In this document: positions 50,816 through 63,088 of the stretch, one piece after another | How positions within the stretch are numbered: the first letter of the stretch is position 1 | Layout of the letters: every line of letters starts with the position of its first letter | From: Octopus sinensis | Taxonomy: Eukaryota | Length of the DNA stretch: 64,000 nt | NCBI RefSeq assembly: GCF_006345805.1 | Contig: NC_043011.1 | Coordinates: 55,378,464 to 55,442,463, forward strand | Reading direction: 5' to 3' | Translations under genes and position numbers: made by a program | Notes under the pieces: model-generated | Told to the model about the DNA's origin: nothing | The model's input: the letters and a program-made list of their open reading frames with translations, nothing else | Databases searched by the model: none

Positions 50816-51400
50816 CCACATACATATTTATGCATACACTTTTTACATACAAACGAAGGGTTTCTTTCAGTTTCTATCTCCCAAATCCATTCATGAGGTT
50901 TTGATTGATCCTGGGCTATCATCATCATCATCGTTTAACGTCCGTTTTCATTGCTAGCATGGGTTGGCCGGTTCAACTGGGGTCTGGGAAGCCAGGAGGC
51001 TGCACCAGGCCCAACCTGATCTGGCAGTGTTTCTACAGCTAGATGCCCTTCCTTACGCCAACCACTCCGTGAGTGTAGTGGGTGCTTTTTACGTGCCACC
51101 GGCACAGGCTATAGTATAAACATTTGTCCAAGATGCCATGCTATAGGGCTGCCCTGAAACTATGTGGTTGGGAAGCAAACTTCTTAATCCCTAAATTCTA
51201 TAAAACCTTTATCAGCAATTTAACCAAAGTGGAAATAAGTTGTTTCTGAGAAGAAACGGTCCGGACAGATTTCTTAAACGTTTTATAATTAAATCCTATT
51301 TCTGTAATTTGAGATAAAAAGGTTGCTCATTTATCAACCAAAATGTCCAGAGTTGTATAGCTCTTAAAACCTGCTTCTAAAACATCATTCATGACTTTAA

Positions 51401-51601
51401 CCCTTTTATTACTGTATTTCTTTCAATTAATTTTAAATATAACAAAGAATTTAGTAAAATAACTTAGTTATCATTAAGCTAATGTTAGGAACATAAACTG
51501 TGACTAAGGTTTGGTGGAAGATTTTAATTCAAAACTTATGAAAACAAGACATTTGTAACACAGACCCAGAGCCAGTTTCAGCCAGGTTGGTAACGAAAGG
51601 G
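51401..51601. mobile_element. piggyBac-type MITE
   Basis: TTAA-CCCTTTTATTAC..GTAACGAAAGGG-TTAA, 201 bp, in CCNH intron 3. Confidence 0.85.
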
Positions 51602-51669
51602 TTAAGCCTCTTCAAAAGAATTACTCTTAAATTAGTGAATGAAAATGTTCAAAAAGTAAAATTACTAAC

Positions 51670-51743
51670 GTGATATCACGAGGATGGAAATCCATAACTG
51701 AATTGTAAAGATAAAACCTTTTGAAATATGTCATGGCTGTTCC
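51670..51743 (-). CDS. CCNH: Cyclin H coding exon 3
   Basis: ctcAG acceptor, 74 nt: GTAMTYFKRFYLYNSVMDFHPRDI(T), cyclin-box motif YFKRFYL, donor GTTAGT. Confidence 0.97.
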
Positions 51744-53105
51744 CTGAGGGAAGAAGAAAACAAATTTAACTTTAGAAACATATAAAACAATTCCAAAGAT
51801 GCAAAAAGGAAACTAATATTACACATTTCTTCTAGTTTTAAACCAACTGGTCTAAAACAGGCAAATAAAAATAATAAAAGAAAGAGTAAATTTTGTTTTT
51901 AAGAAAATGATTTTTTTTTGGACATGATGCCCAAAGATAATGTAATTCAATAACTGACACTTATGGAACAACAGGCAAATGTATACAGGTGTTATACATC
52001 AACCTTGATGTCTATTTTATGAAACCTAGAAAAATGAAGAGCATGGTTGAACTCAAAACATAAAAGACCCATAAATACACAAGGCTGTTTTTGAAGACTG
52101 CATTTCAATGTGCCGTTCCCATAAAAATTCAATATCCTCCTGCTCAATCTGCAGAGGTCAGGTGGAATTTGTCAAGGTAGATTTTTTTATGGACAGATAC
52201 CCTTCCTATCACCAACCCTCACCTATTTCTAAGCAATGTAAATCTTTCCCCATAACCAGACATGTTTTTCAAGACTGGAAATGAAGAATCTCGCTTGAAT
52301 GGCTGCGACAAGCTTATTTAAAAGCATCACCTGATGTAGAAACAAAGTTACAGACACAAACACACACATAATATACGTGTGTGTGTGTGTGTGAATAATG
52401 GGCTTCTTTCAGTTTCTGTCAATCAAATCCATTCACAAGCTTTTGGTTGGCTTGGGGCTATAGTAGAAGACACTTGCCTCAAGGTTCCACAATGAAGTCT
52501 TTCTCAAAGTGAATTATAGAATCATAACCTGGCACTAATACAGGTTTTTAACTGGACAAACTGGAGCAAACAGAGAAATGCTCTCCACCAAGGAGCAGGC
52601 TGAAAGAGCAAAACGACGTCCAACTTTGTGTTGACTTTTAACCATCTTCAATTTCTTAAATACACTGAATTATTTTGTTGATTCTACATGGTTTTAGTCC
52701 TCTAGACATAATAATGATCATCATCATTTAATATCCGTTTTCCATGCTGGCATGGGTTGGATGGTTTGACAGGAGTTGGCAAGGCTGGAGAGATGCCCCC
52801 CACACCACATGTCTGCTTTGGCATGGTTGCTATGGCTCGATGCCCTTCCCAATGTCAACTACTTTATAGTGTGTACTGGGTGCTTTCACGTGGCACCAGC
52901 ACCCAGGTGGCATAACATTGTGGACATAATATAAATTGTTTACTTCTCATCCTTTTAACAAAATTCTTATCCCCGCAGACAGACTTTTGCATTTGCACTT
53001 GTTGTAGAAAAGTATTTAAATCTCAGCAAATAAAACATTATAAAGTATCAAATGTCAGTAAAATCAGATCTAAATTTGAGTAACACTACTAAATGGCTTA
53101 CTAAC

Positions 53106-53228
53106 CAAAACATATTTCGGCATTGGTGGCTGGAAACGATTGCAGAATTCTTTCATGATGAACTCATAATGACGGGCAAGTATGTATTCCTCTTCATAAG
53201 TAAAGAGAACTGCTTCAAGATCTTCATC
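53106..53228 (-). CDS. CCNH: Cyclin H coding exon 2
   Basis: ttttAG acceptor, 123 nt, phase 0/0: DEDLEAVLFTYEEEYILARHYEFIMKEFCNRFQPPMPKYVL, donor GTTAGT. Confidence 0.95.
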
Positions 53229-53611
53229 CTAAAAGAGATATAGTATAGAATTGACATTATTTACAAGGAATTGGCTCCTGCAGTTTTACTCTTCTTTTTT
53301 CACGAGTGACCTTCTAAGATCCTCACCTTTCTATAATATACTATTACCATGGTGTCCGTATTGCTCTTTCATTCTCACCTAAGATAAAATCATTTCAAGA
53401 CTAAACTTTATTTTGACTGGAAACAGATTTCGATAGTAAATTGCAAACATCTTTAATTTCAGAATGACTTTTTCATTAAGTGAGGAGGAAGAGCTAGAAG
53501 AGGATCAAGACTGAAAGTTGGGAGGAAGTCAGCATAATTGTCTGAAACAGGTTTCAGATGAGGTGAGGAGAGGAGAATGTACGAATGGAGAGAATGTAGT
53601 CCAGAAAACAC

Positions 53612-54530
53612 ATCATCATCATCATTGTTCGACAGTGCTCGAGACAATGGAATTTACTATGTTATGCCAGACTTCACGGTCCATCATAGCATTACGGAGG
53701 TCCTGTTGCTGGATGCCTGTATCCCTGGAGATTACATCAGGGTAGGAGAGTGTGCGCTCTCTGGTATCGCGAGCAGATGGCTTCCAGAGGAGAAGAGTAG
53801 AAATTACCTCGTTTTCAGCTCTACAACAATGTCCAACAAACTGGACTCTTCTACCTTTCACAAGAGATGATACAGGTGGTAGTTTCCCATATATTTGTAC
53901 TTTGGTTGGATGACGCTTCTACGAGAGATTTTGAGCTCTCATAAGGAGGCGAGTGTAAGTTCCATCCAACCACCTCTCAAGCTTCTTTGATAACGTCCGG
54001 GTTGTTAAATCTGAATGTAATGAGTGTATCAAAAGTATTACTGCTTTTTCTCAAAGCTTCATCCTCATTTATGATTCTAAATTAATTTTTGCTTCTCTCT
54101 TTTATTGCCGAGTTAACAGGTTGGCACACGCCTGCAACTGGAATGTCATTAATATTTCTTTCTATTGATACATTCCTCATATTTTCGTTGTATTACTTTA
54201 GATGCAGCTTCTTAAGAGTTATTTTTAAGGTGTAATGTTTTACACCGCCGAGAACTTCAATATGAAGAGCAGGGACCTCCGTATAAATCATCCTGGAAGC
54301 CCTCGGTAAATTCTGATGTTTAATGATAGCGTGGAAATAGGTGAAGCTTCTTCCCTCTCTCTCTCTCTTCCTCCTTATTCCAGGAATTGCAATTAGGATG
54401 TTTTTCAAGTGGACTGAATTTAATTTTTATTGTTCTAGTTCTGAACGTCAGAGTAGCTTCCATTTCGTGTCTCATCACCAGCAAACCCCTTGTAGCGCTT
54501 GATAGCAAATAGGTTTAGGAGTCTGGTCAG
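53612..54530 (-). mobile_element. RTE-X-like LINE remnant
   Basis: ..KLERWLDGTYTRLLMRAQNLS*KRHPT..GRRVQFVGHCCRAENEVISTLLLW..DREVW, ending in a (GAT)n tail at ~53612. The upstream part is degenerate. Confidence 0.75.
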
Positions 54531-55521
54531 AACAAGGAAGTTGAGGGGAAATAAAAACTACCATAGCACTAATTAATCGTCGTCGAAGAAGGGATATTGG
54601 CAAAAAGCAAATGGTTGTATCTTTCACATAAATATTTTATAACGAGAATACATAATTATGATGGACGCATGATCAATAGTGAGGATTTGGGGCTTTAAAA
54701 AGGTCAGCGACCATCGATAGAAATGGTCAAGATTAACATCCTCCCTTTTCATTCTGGTTCTTAAATACGTGTAGACCAATACTAAACTTTACTAACAGCA
54801 TCATTTACTTTCATACACCAAATTCTTAAAACCCCAAATATACTTCTCTCATTCAAGTTCTACATTTATTGATGGAAAAAATACATTTTAGGTTACTGGT
54901 TGCTAAGGTAACGCTAATATTTAATCCATAAATAAAGTTCTGTTCTTTTCCAGATATTTTTCTCATGTAATCTAAAATATTTTTTCACTTTATCCATGTT
55001 AATCGACTCTTAAGATCCATGAAATACGTTAACATGGAAATATAAATTCATATGTATTAGAGATATTTCTTAACCAGAATGAGAACTTCTACAAGAATCG
55101 AAGAAATAAAGATCTCATGGAATACAATGAAACATTATGTTGTAATGACGAGTAATATTTCATTTACAGTGGTTCTAATATACATTCTATCCTCGCCATT
55201 TCTATTGTTCTGTCTCTATTTATTTAAAAGTCATCATCTAAATCTTAGATTGATTAGCGAAAATATTGCAACCTTTCCATGAAAACATTCGATCCCAAAG
55301 AATTAGTTCTCTCTGTACTAAATATTATCATAGAGACATTTGAACACATTCCTTGAAAACAACACTTTCATTACTCATATTGTAAATATATAAACCACTT
55401 ATATTACTTTCTTTATTAGCCACACAAAGTCTAACCACGCAATAAAACTTTTATTATTAAGGTATTATTCGTGCAATCCCAATGAAATAGGAGGTTTAAG
55501 TTTCTCAAGAGATATACCTAC

Positions 55522-55638
55522 CGAGATTGACCCTCGATGGCTTTCAACGTAATCATCGTGAGCTTTTCTTCTCAGCCGTGTGAGAGCCGAGTCCGAGTCA
55601 AATGTCCAATGTGATTTCTGTGTGCTAATGGCAAACAT
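55522..55638 (-). CDS. CCNH: Cyclin H coding exon 1
   Basis: ATG at 55638, 117 nt: MFAISTQKSHWTFDSDSALTRLRRKAHDDYVESHRGSIS, donor GTAGGT at 55521. Matches the cyclin H N-terminus (human [23 protein letters not shown], recalled). Confidence 0.95.
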
Positions 55639-55639
55639 T

Positions 55640-55980
55640 ATTATTATTATTGCAGAAACAGACGAAACACACAAACCAAATTATAACAAACCCTAAACAC
55701 AATTAAAACAACAACTCCGTGTTTAAGGCTTCCGATCTAATTGTTTGCTAATTACATAAATAAGTCAAATAGTCTGTATCTTTGCATAGACCGGTCCGGT
55801 CCTACGCAACGTTAAATATCCAAGTATATATATATATATATATATATATATGCGACAATTTACGCTATATATACCCCCAGCAACACAATATAAACATCAA
55901 CGAAGACGACTCGTCCACCATTTTGTACGATCCATGTGGTCATTAACACCGGAAGTCTCCCGACGTCACTTCCGGCCGCA
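55640..55980. promoter_or_regulatory. Bidirectional CCNH/RAMAC promoter
   Basis: Lies between the CCNH ATG (55638, -) and the RAMAC exon-1 donor (56030, +). CpG-rich, with CCGGAAGT 55949-55956, GACGTCA 55962-55968, ACTTCCGG 55968-55975 and a (TA)n tract near 55827-55850. Confidence 0.7.
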
Positions 55981-56029
55981 TAACCCTCTCCTAACAACAA
56001 CCCTGACACCGACTCGAGACTTGCCACAT
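55976..56029 (+). other. RAMAC: Probable non-coding exon 1 of RAMAC (start approximate)
   Basis: Consensus donor cat|GTGAGT at 56030, directly downstream of the ETS/CRE module in a CpG-rich segment. Confidence 0.6.
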
Positions 56030-56245
56030 GTGAGTAACAAATGCACTTTTATCGCCTATTTTATTGATATTTCGGCTTCAGATCTTTTTAATTTTCAACT
56101 CAAGATTTCTTTTTCAGTTTTTTCCTACAGATTTCGAAACTGATGATTTGTGCAAACCGTCAAATTGTTCTATTCTCTCCTTTGTTTAATATAAAATCTT
56201 TGCTGATCGAGTCTGGTGTGAAACCAGAAATCCACCGATTTCTCT

Positions 56246-57125
56246 TCAATTGCTGTAGTTTTTATATATTTGTCTTTTTTTAATAATTAAATCCAAATAA
56301 TAATTAGATACCAGTAGAACTTGATATTATTTAATTATCCATTCTAAATATTTACGACTGACTTGAATTTAATTAATTTGAATCTGATTAAAAAGTAATC
56401 TTTTAACATTTTTAATTAATGTCATAAGTTCTAATTAATCCCATTGACGGTGTTTTATCAGGAATCTTAAAATATTTTTGTTGAGCAAACAACTTTATAT
56501 TTTATTTGTGATTCTGTCCGGTTTCTGATTTTAGAAAGTGAAAATAAGCAGAATTCAAAATTATCCATTTTTAAACTTGAATTTATAAAACACCAAATGT
56601 TTATTTAAAAAAAGAAAAATAAACGCTAAATATTTTAATAACCAAACGTTAAGTGCTTATTTAATAACTGAACAATAACCGTTTATTTAATAATTAAATG
56701 TTAAGTATTAATTTAATGACCAAACTCGAAATATTTTCTAAAAGTTTGGAGACAATCACTGCACACACACACATCAATTGCTGTAGTTTTATATATTTAT
56801 CTGTTTTAATAATTAAATCCAAATAATGATTAGATACCAGTAGAACTTGATGTTACTTAATTATTCATTCTAAATATTTACGACTGACTTAAATTTAACT
56901 AATTTGAATCTGATTAAAAAATAATCTTTTAACATTTTTAGTTAAACTTGAATTTATAAACACATCTAATGTTTATTTAAAAAGAAAATAAACGCTAAAT
57001 ATTTCAATAACTAAACGTTGAGTGCCTATTTAATAACTGAACAATAACCGTTTACTTAATGATTAAATGCTAAGTATTAATTTAATGACCAAACTGGAAA
57101 CATCTTCTCAAAAGTCTGGAGAATC
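56246..57125. repeat. Diverged AT-rich tandem duplication in RAMAC intron 1
   Basis: Units are 56246-56757 and 56774-57125. The second lacks ~160 bp (about 56417-56572 of unit 1) and has many substitutions. Confidence 0.9.
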
Positions 57126-58212
57126 CAATTCGATCGAACAAGACATTGACTCCATATTTGTCACGTGTTCGTTTCTTAGAAATTTCAAATAAATCCAGGC
57201 CAAACCCTTCTTCCACCCGACTCTCCACCCGTTCGTTGTTTCTCTTTTATATTATAAACTATCGCTTATATCCTGATCTTTATTGCTTCGGTGATGAACG
57301 AACAATTTAAATGTCGCTCTAAACAGTAAATATAAATTCAATGTTCTTCATAAACTAAGGACGCAGATTATCCACCAAATATAATTTCATCTTTCTAGAT
57401 TAGCAATATTTATTTCCGCAGAGATATGTTAATATCCTCGCCAAATTATACTGAATTATGTTATATTTTTAATTACGAAAACATTAAGATTAACACACTC
57501 ACCGGTAAAATTTCCACTTTTTTCTTATTTTTATTGTCCTAAAATTTTCGTTGCGTCTTGCAACCTTTTCAATAGAAAAACGTGGAAATTTTACCGGTGA
57601 GTGGTGTTAAATAATAAGGCACTAAAAGAGAATGACTCTCCCCAGACACAACAGAATATGCTTCAACACACCGACTCATATAAAGAATCTTGCGAACCAA
57701 ATCCAGAAACGGAAATATTAAGATTAGCTTTATTTCCCTTCACAAAAGGATTAACTATTTTGTGGGTTTGCATAAAAAGGGACATGCATACATACACACG
57801 TGTGCCTCTCTTGGTCTGTTGTTATTTAGGGTATTCCTCACAACAGAGAGGATTAGTGTAAGTTTATCTGCACTTTGTTGGGAATGATGGATCGAAAGGA
57901 CAAACCCAAACTTGACCTTTTTTTTTTTTTCAAATACAAATAAAAAAAATAATGTCAGAGCAAATAGTAAGAATATTTAGATCAAATAACGATATCTTGT
58001 CTTTTGAGTGTTTAAACTGCTTGATTCGTTTTGTATCTGAATTTATTTCATTTGACCTGAGCTAGAAATGTTGCTATTTACGTGTGGAGGGCGAAAGTCA
58101 GTTTACAGCACTGCAGTAACTCATCTTAAGCTACGGCCATTGGTACGTGACGAAGTCTCAAACGAGAGAAATCATCTGGAGCCTTACAAAAAGTCTGCAC
58201 TTGAAATTGGTA

Positions 58213-58390
58213 CTACTTGAGAACAGGGGTCCCGGTGCGCGTACTCGCGCATGCTAGTCATAAATACCGTAACATTGCCAAAAATTATTTATTTTGTGTT
58301 TTATTTACTTTGATAGGTAGTCGTTGTAAGATCGACTAGTCACGACTAGCTAGCGCGAGTGCGCGCACCAGGACCGCTGTTCTCAAGTAG
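58213..58390. mobile_element. CpG-rich MITE, ~50-bp TIRs, TA flanks (Tc1/mariner type)
   Basis: TA-CTACTTGAGAACAGGGGTCCCGGTGCGCGTACTCGCGC..GCGCGAGTGCGCGCACCAGGACCGCTGTTCTCAAGTAG-TA. Confidence 0.8.
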
Positions 58391-58639
58391 TACCCTTGAA
58401 ATTCGTGCATGGCCTATTTTATCTGATAGGAAATCCATTGGTGTAGTAGATGGGGTTACGAAGACAACATACTGGATTGGGTGCAACGGATCGTGCATCA
58501 CATGTTGGTGGGGTTCGGGACAGCAAGATAAAAAAAAAATTTAAAAATCATTGGGTCGCTTGTTGAATGGTTAAAAGAATATTCCCAATAAAACGTCAGA
58601 GATATTTGTGAACGCATACATCTGTGTCCTGACAAATTA

Positions 58640-58860
58640 TTCAACTCTTGGTGAGAAAACTTTGCCCAGGCTATTCCTATTCTAGTGGTGACACTCTCTG
58701 AGCATCCACCTCCACTACTAACTTGGTCACCCAGGTAGCGGAAACTATCAACTACTTCTAGTTTCTTCCCTTGGAGTGTGATGGAATCTGTTTTCTGAGT
58801 ATCTGTGGTGTCTATTGCTCCTGTGCACACGAAAGGGTCTTTGCTTTTGGCCATCCCAAA
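58640..58860 (-). mobile_element. RTE reverse-transcriptase fragment
   Basis: LEVVDSFRYLGDQVSSGGGCSESVTTRIGIAWAKF contains the RT YLG motif region of RTE LINEs. Confidence 0.85.
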
Positions 58861-59139
58861 CTCTTCAAAAACAGTTCCTCTTGAATATTTGCAAGTCTAA
58901 AATTGCAGGAAAAGCTTATGGAGTTGGGCAGACTGATTAGAGTATTCAATGCGGGATTTGGTGAAGTGGATACGATTTAGGTGATGAAAGGAGAAGTAAA
59001 TCAGGTGTGTTAGGGGTCAGCTAACTCTATAGAATAGAGGGAGGATTCCAGTGTTTAGTTATAAAAAAGGCAAATGATGCTGTGGGTTTGGGATGGGGTG
59101 CTTGGCAGAAAAATTAAATTCATACAAATTGATTAATGT

Positions 59140-60094
59140 CATCATCATCATCATTTAGCGTCCGCTTTCCATGCTAGCATGGGTTGGACGGTTCAACTGG
59201 GGTCTGTGAAGCCAGAAGGCTGCATCAGGCCCAGTCTGATCTGTCAGTGTTTCTACAGCTGGATGCCTTTCCTAACGCCAACCACTCCGTGAGTGTAGTG
59301 GGTGCTTTTTACGTACCACCTGCACAGGCGCCAGACGGTGCTGGCAAACGGCCACGAACGGATGGTGCGTTTACGTGGCACGGGCGCCAGGCGAGGCTGG
59401 CAACAGACACGAACGGATGGTGCTTTTACGTGCCACCAGCACGGAGGCCGGTCGAGGCGGCGCTGGCAACGGCCACAATCAGATGGTTCGCTTACTTGTC
59501 ACCGGCACTGGTATCACAGCCGCAATTTCCATTGATGTTGATCAACTTCGATTTTGGTTCTGCTTTCTGATATCTGATTTGATTTTGATTTTCACTTGCC
59601 TCAACGGGTCTTCACAAGTGGAGTTTTGTGTCCCAAGAAGGAAAGGTATGTATAAGTCGACTGGCTACATACCAGGTAGAGGCCACGGGTTATGGCCTCA
59701 CTAGTCTTGCCGGGTCTTCTCACGCACAGCATGCTTCCATAGGTCTCGGTCTCTAGTCATTTCCTTGGTGAGACCTAAAGTTCGAAGGTCGTGCTTCACC
59801 ACCTCGTCCCAGGTTTTCCTGGGTCTACCTCTTCCACAGGTTCCCTCAACTGCTAGGGTGTAGCACTTTTGCACACAACTATCTTCAGCCATTCTCGTCA
59901 CATGACCATACCAGCGCAGACGTCTCTCTTGCACACCACAACTGATGCTTCTTAGGTTCAACTTTTCTCTCAAGGTACTTACACTCTGTCAATTATGAAC
60001 ACTGGCATAACACATCCATCGGAGCATACTGGCTTCATTTCTTGCGAGCTTATGCATATCCTCAGCAGTCACGGCCCATGTAGCATGTACTTTT
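59140..60094 (-). mobile_element. 5'-truncated RTE-type LINE (RT C-terminus, 3'UTR, (GAT)n tail)
   Basis: ORF 59701..59973 ..RRLRWYGHVTRM..GTCGRGRPRKTWDEVV..DRDLWK is a typical RTE C-terminus. The 3'UTR carries tandem GGCACGTAAAAGCACC subrepeats and ends in GATGAT repeats. Confidence 0.9.
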
Positions 60095-61771
60095 TAAAAA
60101 TGCAGGATGCATTGTAATGTGAGAATTGAACCTGTTTAACACTTAGCTCTTACATATTTATGAGTCTATTATAACTAAAACCTATTGGTGAGAATTTAAA
60201 TGTGTGTGAGTGTGTCTATGTATTTGACCTGTTTTAGGTGTGTTTTATATACTTGGTATGTACTATGGCCTACATCAGTGATCCCAGTTTGGCTGTTCTT
60301 TCTACTGAATCCAAGACTCTTAAAAGTTCATTTATTGCAACAACTGTTGATCTTGTTTTTATAATATTTATTACTTTTGGTTGGATCAGGTTTGCAATTC
60401 ACTCTCTTACACCTGGGAATCCTGTTACCTGTCAGCCTTAAGATCTCAATTTACTACTTGACCCTACCACCTTTTCCTATATTCTGTGTTGTGTCTATTC
60501 TACAAATTCATTAAATTGTCAGCTATCTGCAGCACATGTCCAGAGCTTTGCTTTCATCATGTCCCCCCCCCCCTTTCAAAGCTGGCATGAGCTGGACAGG
60601 TGAGCCAGGGGGTTGCACTCTGGTCTATGTTTATATTAGCATGATTTCTACAACTGGATGCCAACCACTTTATAGAGTGTGTTGAGTGTTTTTTACGTGG
60701 TTACCAGTCAGGTTACCAAGTACCTGCAAGATAAGGCCCCTCTTGTATTTATTGACTCCAAAAACCAGATTACTGTTTAGGTTCTTATCACCCTAATCTC
60801 TTCAGGTCTTTTCACTTAAACTGCCTTCCAACAAAACCATTCACCTTGACTAGATGATCACCAATCTGTGGCTGATTACATTGTTACACCATTAAATATG
60901 TTACATCTGAACCTGTTTAGTTCATTAAGGTAGGTGCAGGTGTGGCTGTGTTAAGAAATTTTACTGCCCAATCATTAGGTTTCAGTTTCAGTCCTACTGT
61001 GTGGCGTCTTGGTAAGATGTGTATGTGTGCTGTGTAATTTTTTTTTTTTTACACTATTTTTATTAAAGGAAGTTGTCAAGTATTTCATTTGCTATTTTTC
61101 TCATATTCTATATTGATCTTAGTTGGGATACAAGGTCTGCTCTGGCTGCTTCTATTTCTACATAAACTTGTGGTTACTGTGTGACGTCATCGATTATTTG
61201 CACGACTTTTCTTGTAGATTGCATGCCCATTGACTCGTACATGTTTTGTTATTTTTATCTGGATTGGTACAGGGTTAACTCACAACCTTATCCAGCAGAT
61301 GAGCTGAGAAGTTCATGGTTGCTTATATCAGATATCTTAGTGCACTTGTCAAAGACATCCAATCATAGAAACCATGCCAGCATGGAAAACAGATGTGAAA
61401 TAATAATGATGACACGTAAAAGCACCAGCCGATCGTGGCCGTTTGCCAGTCTCCTCTGGCCCTTGTGCTGGTGGCACGTAAAAAGCACCCACTACACTCA
61501 CAGAGTGGTTGGCGTTAGGAAGGGCATCCAGCTGTAGAAACACTGCCAGATCAGACTGGTGCAGCCTCCTGGTTGAACCGTCCAACCCATGCCAGCATGG
61601 AAAACGGACGTTAAACAATAATTATGATGATGACCTTTCCTGCAGCTGCCCTTTCTTACCTAGCTGGGTCAGGGTCATTATGTGGACTCAAATAAACGGT
61701 AGCTTTCTTTCGTCAGTTCATAGAAAAATGACTTTTTTTTCTTTTTCTTACCTTTATTTCTAACAGTTAAT

Positions 61772-61959
61772 ATGTCAACTGACAACTCTGAAGACGAGGT
61801 TGTTTCAAGTGACTTTGAAAACGAACTTGAAGAACTCTTTAAATCCCGTTACACAGATGAAGACAAGGAATATCAAGAAGTTGTTGCACAGGAAACTGCA
61901 CCACCGCCAACGGTAATACCATGGCACACAAAATCCAAGAGAAACTACGATTGGTCAGG
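61772..61959 (+). CDS. RAMAC: RNMT-activating mini protein (RAM), first coding exon; the rest of the CDS is not identified with confidence
   Basis: Acceptor ttctaacAG at 61766, ATG 61772: MSTDNSEDEVVSSDFENELEELFKSRYTDEDKEYQEVVAQETAPPPTVIPWHTKSKRNYDWS, then donor GTAAGT at 61960 (phase 2). Matches human FAM103A1 [33 protein letters not shown] (recalled). Confidence 0.9.
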
Positions 61960-62466
61960 GTAAGTTGAAATAAATTGTCGTTTCTTAAGAAGAGTAAACA
62001 TCATCTGGAACTTGATGGAAATTACATCAAATAAGAGATTTCCTTGTGTTTTGGGAGGGTCATTATACCGGTAATGATAATGAACATATGCTCTGTTTCC
62101 ACTTTTTTATTGTGAGTCAATTGGTTAAAATATATCACCAACTAAATAACCAATTGTTTGTCAAAGTCCCTTTGTCGCTATTCACAACCTCATCAATGAC
62201 ATGCCCTCACTCTTCAAGGCAGGTATGTGTGTGTGTATACACGCTGCCGGACAGAATCTTACGACCAGTGAAAAAACTGCCAAAATGAACTCCTTGCACA
62301 ATGATATATTTGACTTTTTCATTATAGATTCATAATTGGCAAATAGAAAAGGATATAGGAAAACCTAAAGAAATGTTTAACATTTAATGCAGAAAATATG
62401 CATTGTAATGAAAATGAACAATATTTTGCCTGGTCAGACATTTAAGACCATGAAAAATAAGTTTAA

Positions 62467-62687
62467 CCCTTTAGCATTTAAACCAGCCATATCCGGCCAA
62501 AAGTATTCTGCCTGTTTTATGTTCAAACTGGCCAGGTCTGGTCTCTCACACCAAACCTGCAATATCTTTTAAAAAATAACAGCTACCTCATCAAAATCTC
62601 ATAGCTACAAGATTAATGCCTGATTAGTTCAAAACAATGTGGATAAAAAAGGATTAACTTTGGTAGAATAATGCAAACACTATAGGG
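62467..62687. mobile_element. piggyBac-type MITE (different family)
   Basis: TTAA-CCCTTTAGCATT..TATAGGG-TTAA. Confidence 0.7.
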
Positions 62688-62729
62688 TTAAATCTGGTAT
62701 AAACTGTAAAAATTCTAGTGTTTATGCTT

Positions 62730-63088
62730 TCTCTGTGTCAACATCTGCCAGTTGCTGTCTATTTCACAAGAACAATGATGAGTAAAGCTAATATGTTGAT
62801 GAATTTTGAACGTGGTGGAATTGTAGAGTTCCAGCATCAAGGTCTTTCTCAGTGTGCCATCTCCAGTGAAACCACCATTGTGAACTTCTTGCAAGATCCT
62901 GAGGCATATGGATTGCAAAAATCAACCAGCCAACCAAAGAAAATATCACCAGCGTTGAGTAGAAGGATTTGATGGGAAGTTAGGGAAGCCACTAGTCAAC
63001 CATCAAACCAGATTGAGGCACTTGCAAACATGGGATGCAGCTCAAGGATGATAAGACGACATTTGAGAGAGAGAGGAACTTTGAAAGT
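62730..63088 (+). mobile_element. Tc1/Tc3-like transposase remnant
   Basis: FERGGIVEFQHQGLSQCAIS..IVNFLQDPEAYG..KKISPALSRRI resembles the paired-like HTH N-terminus. It is cut at ~63090 by a piggyBac end fragment. Confidence 0.8.
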
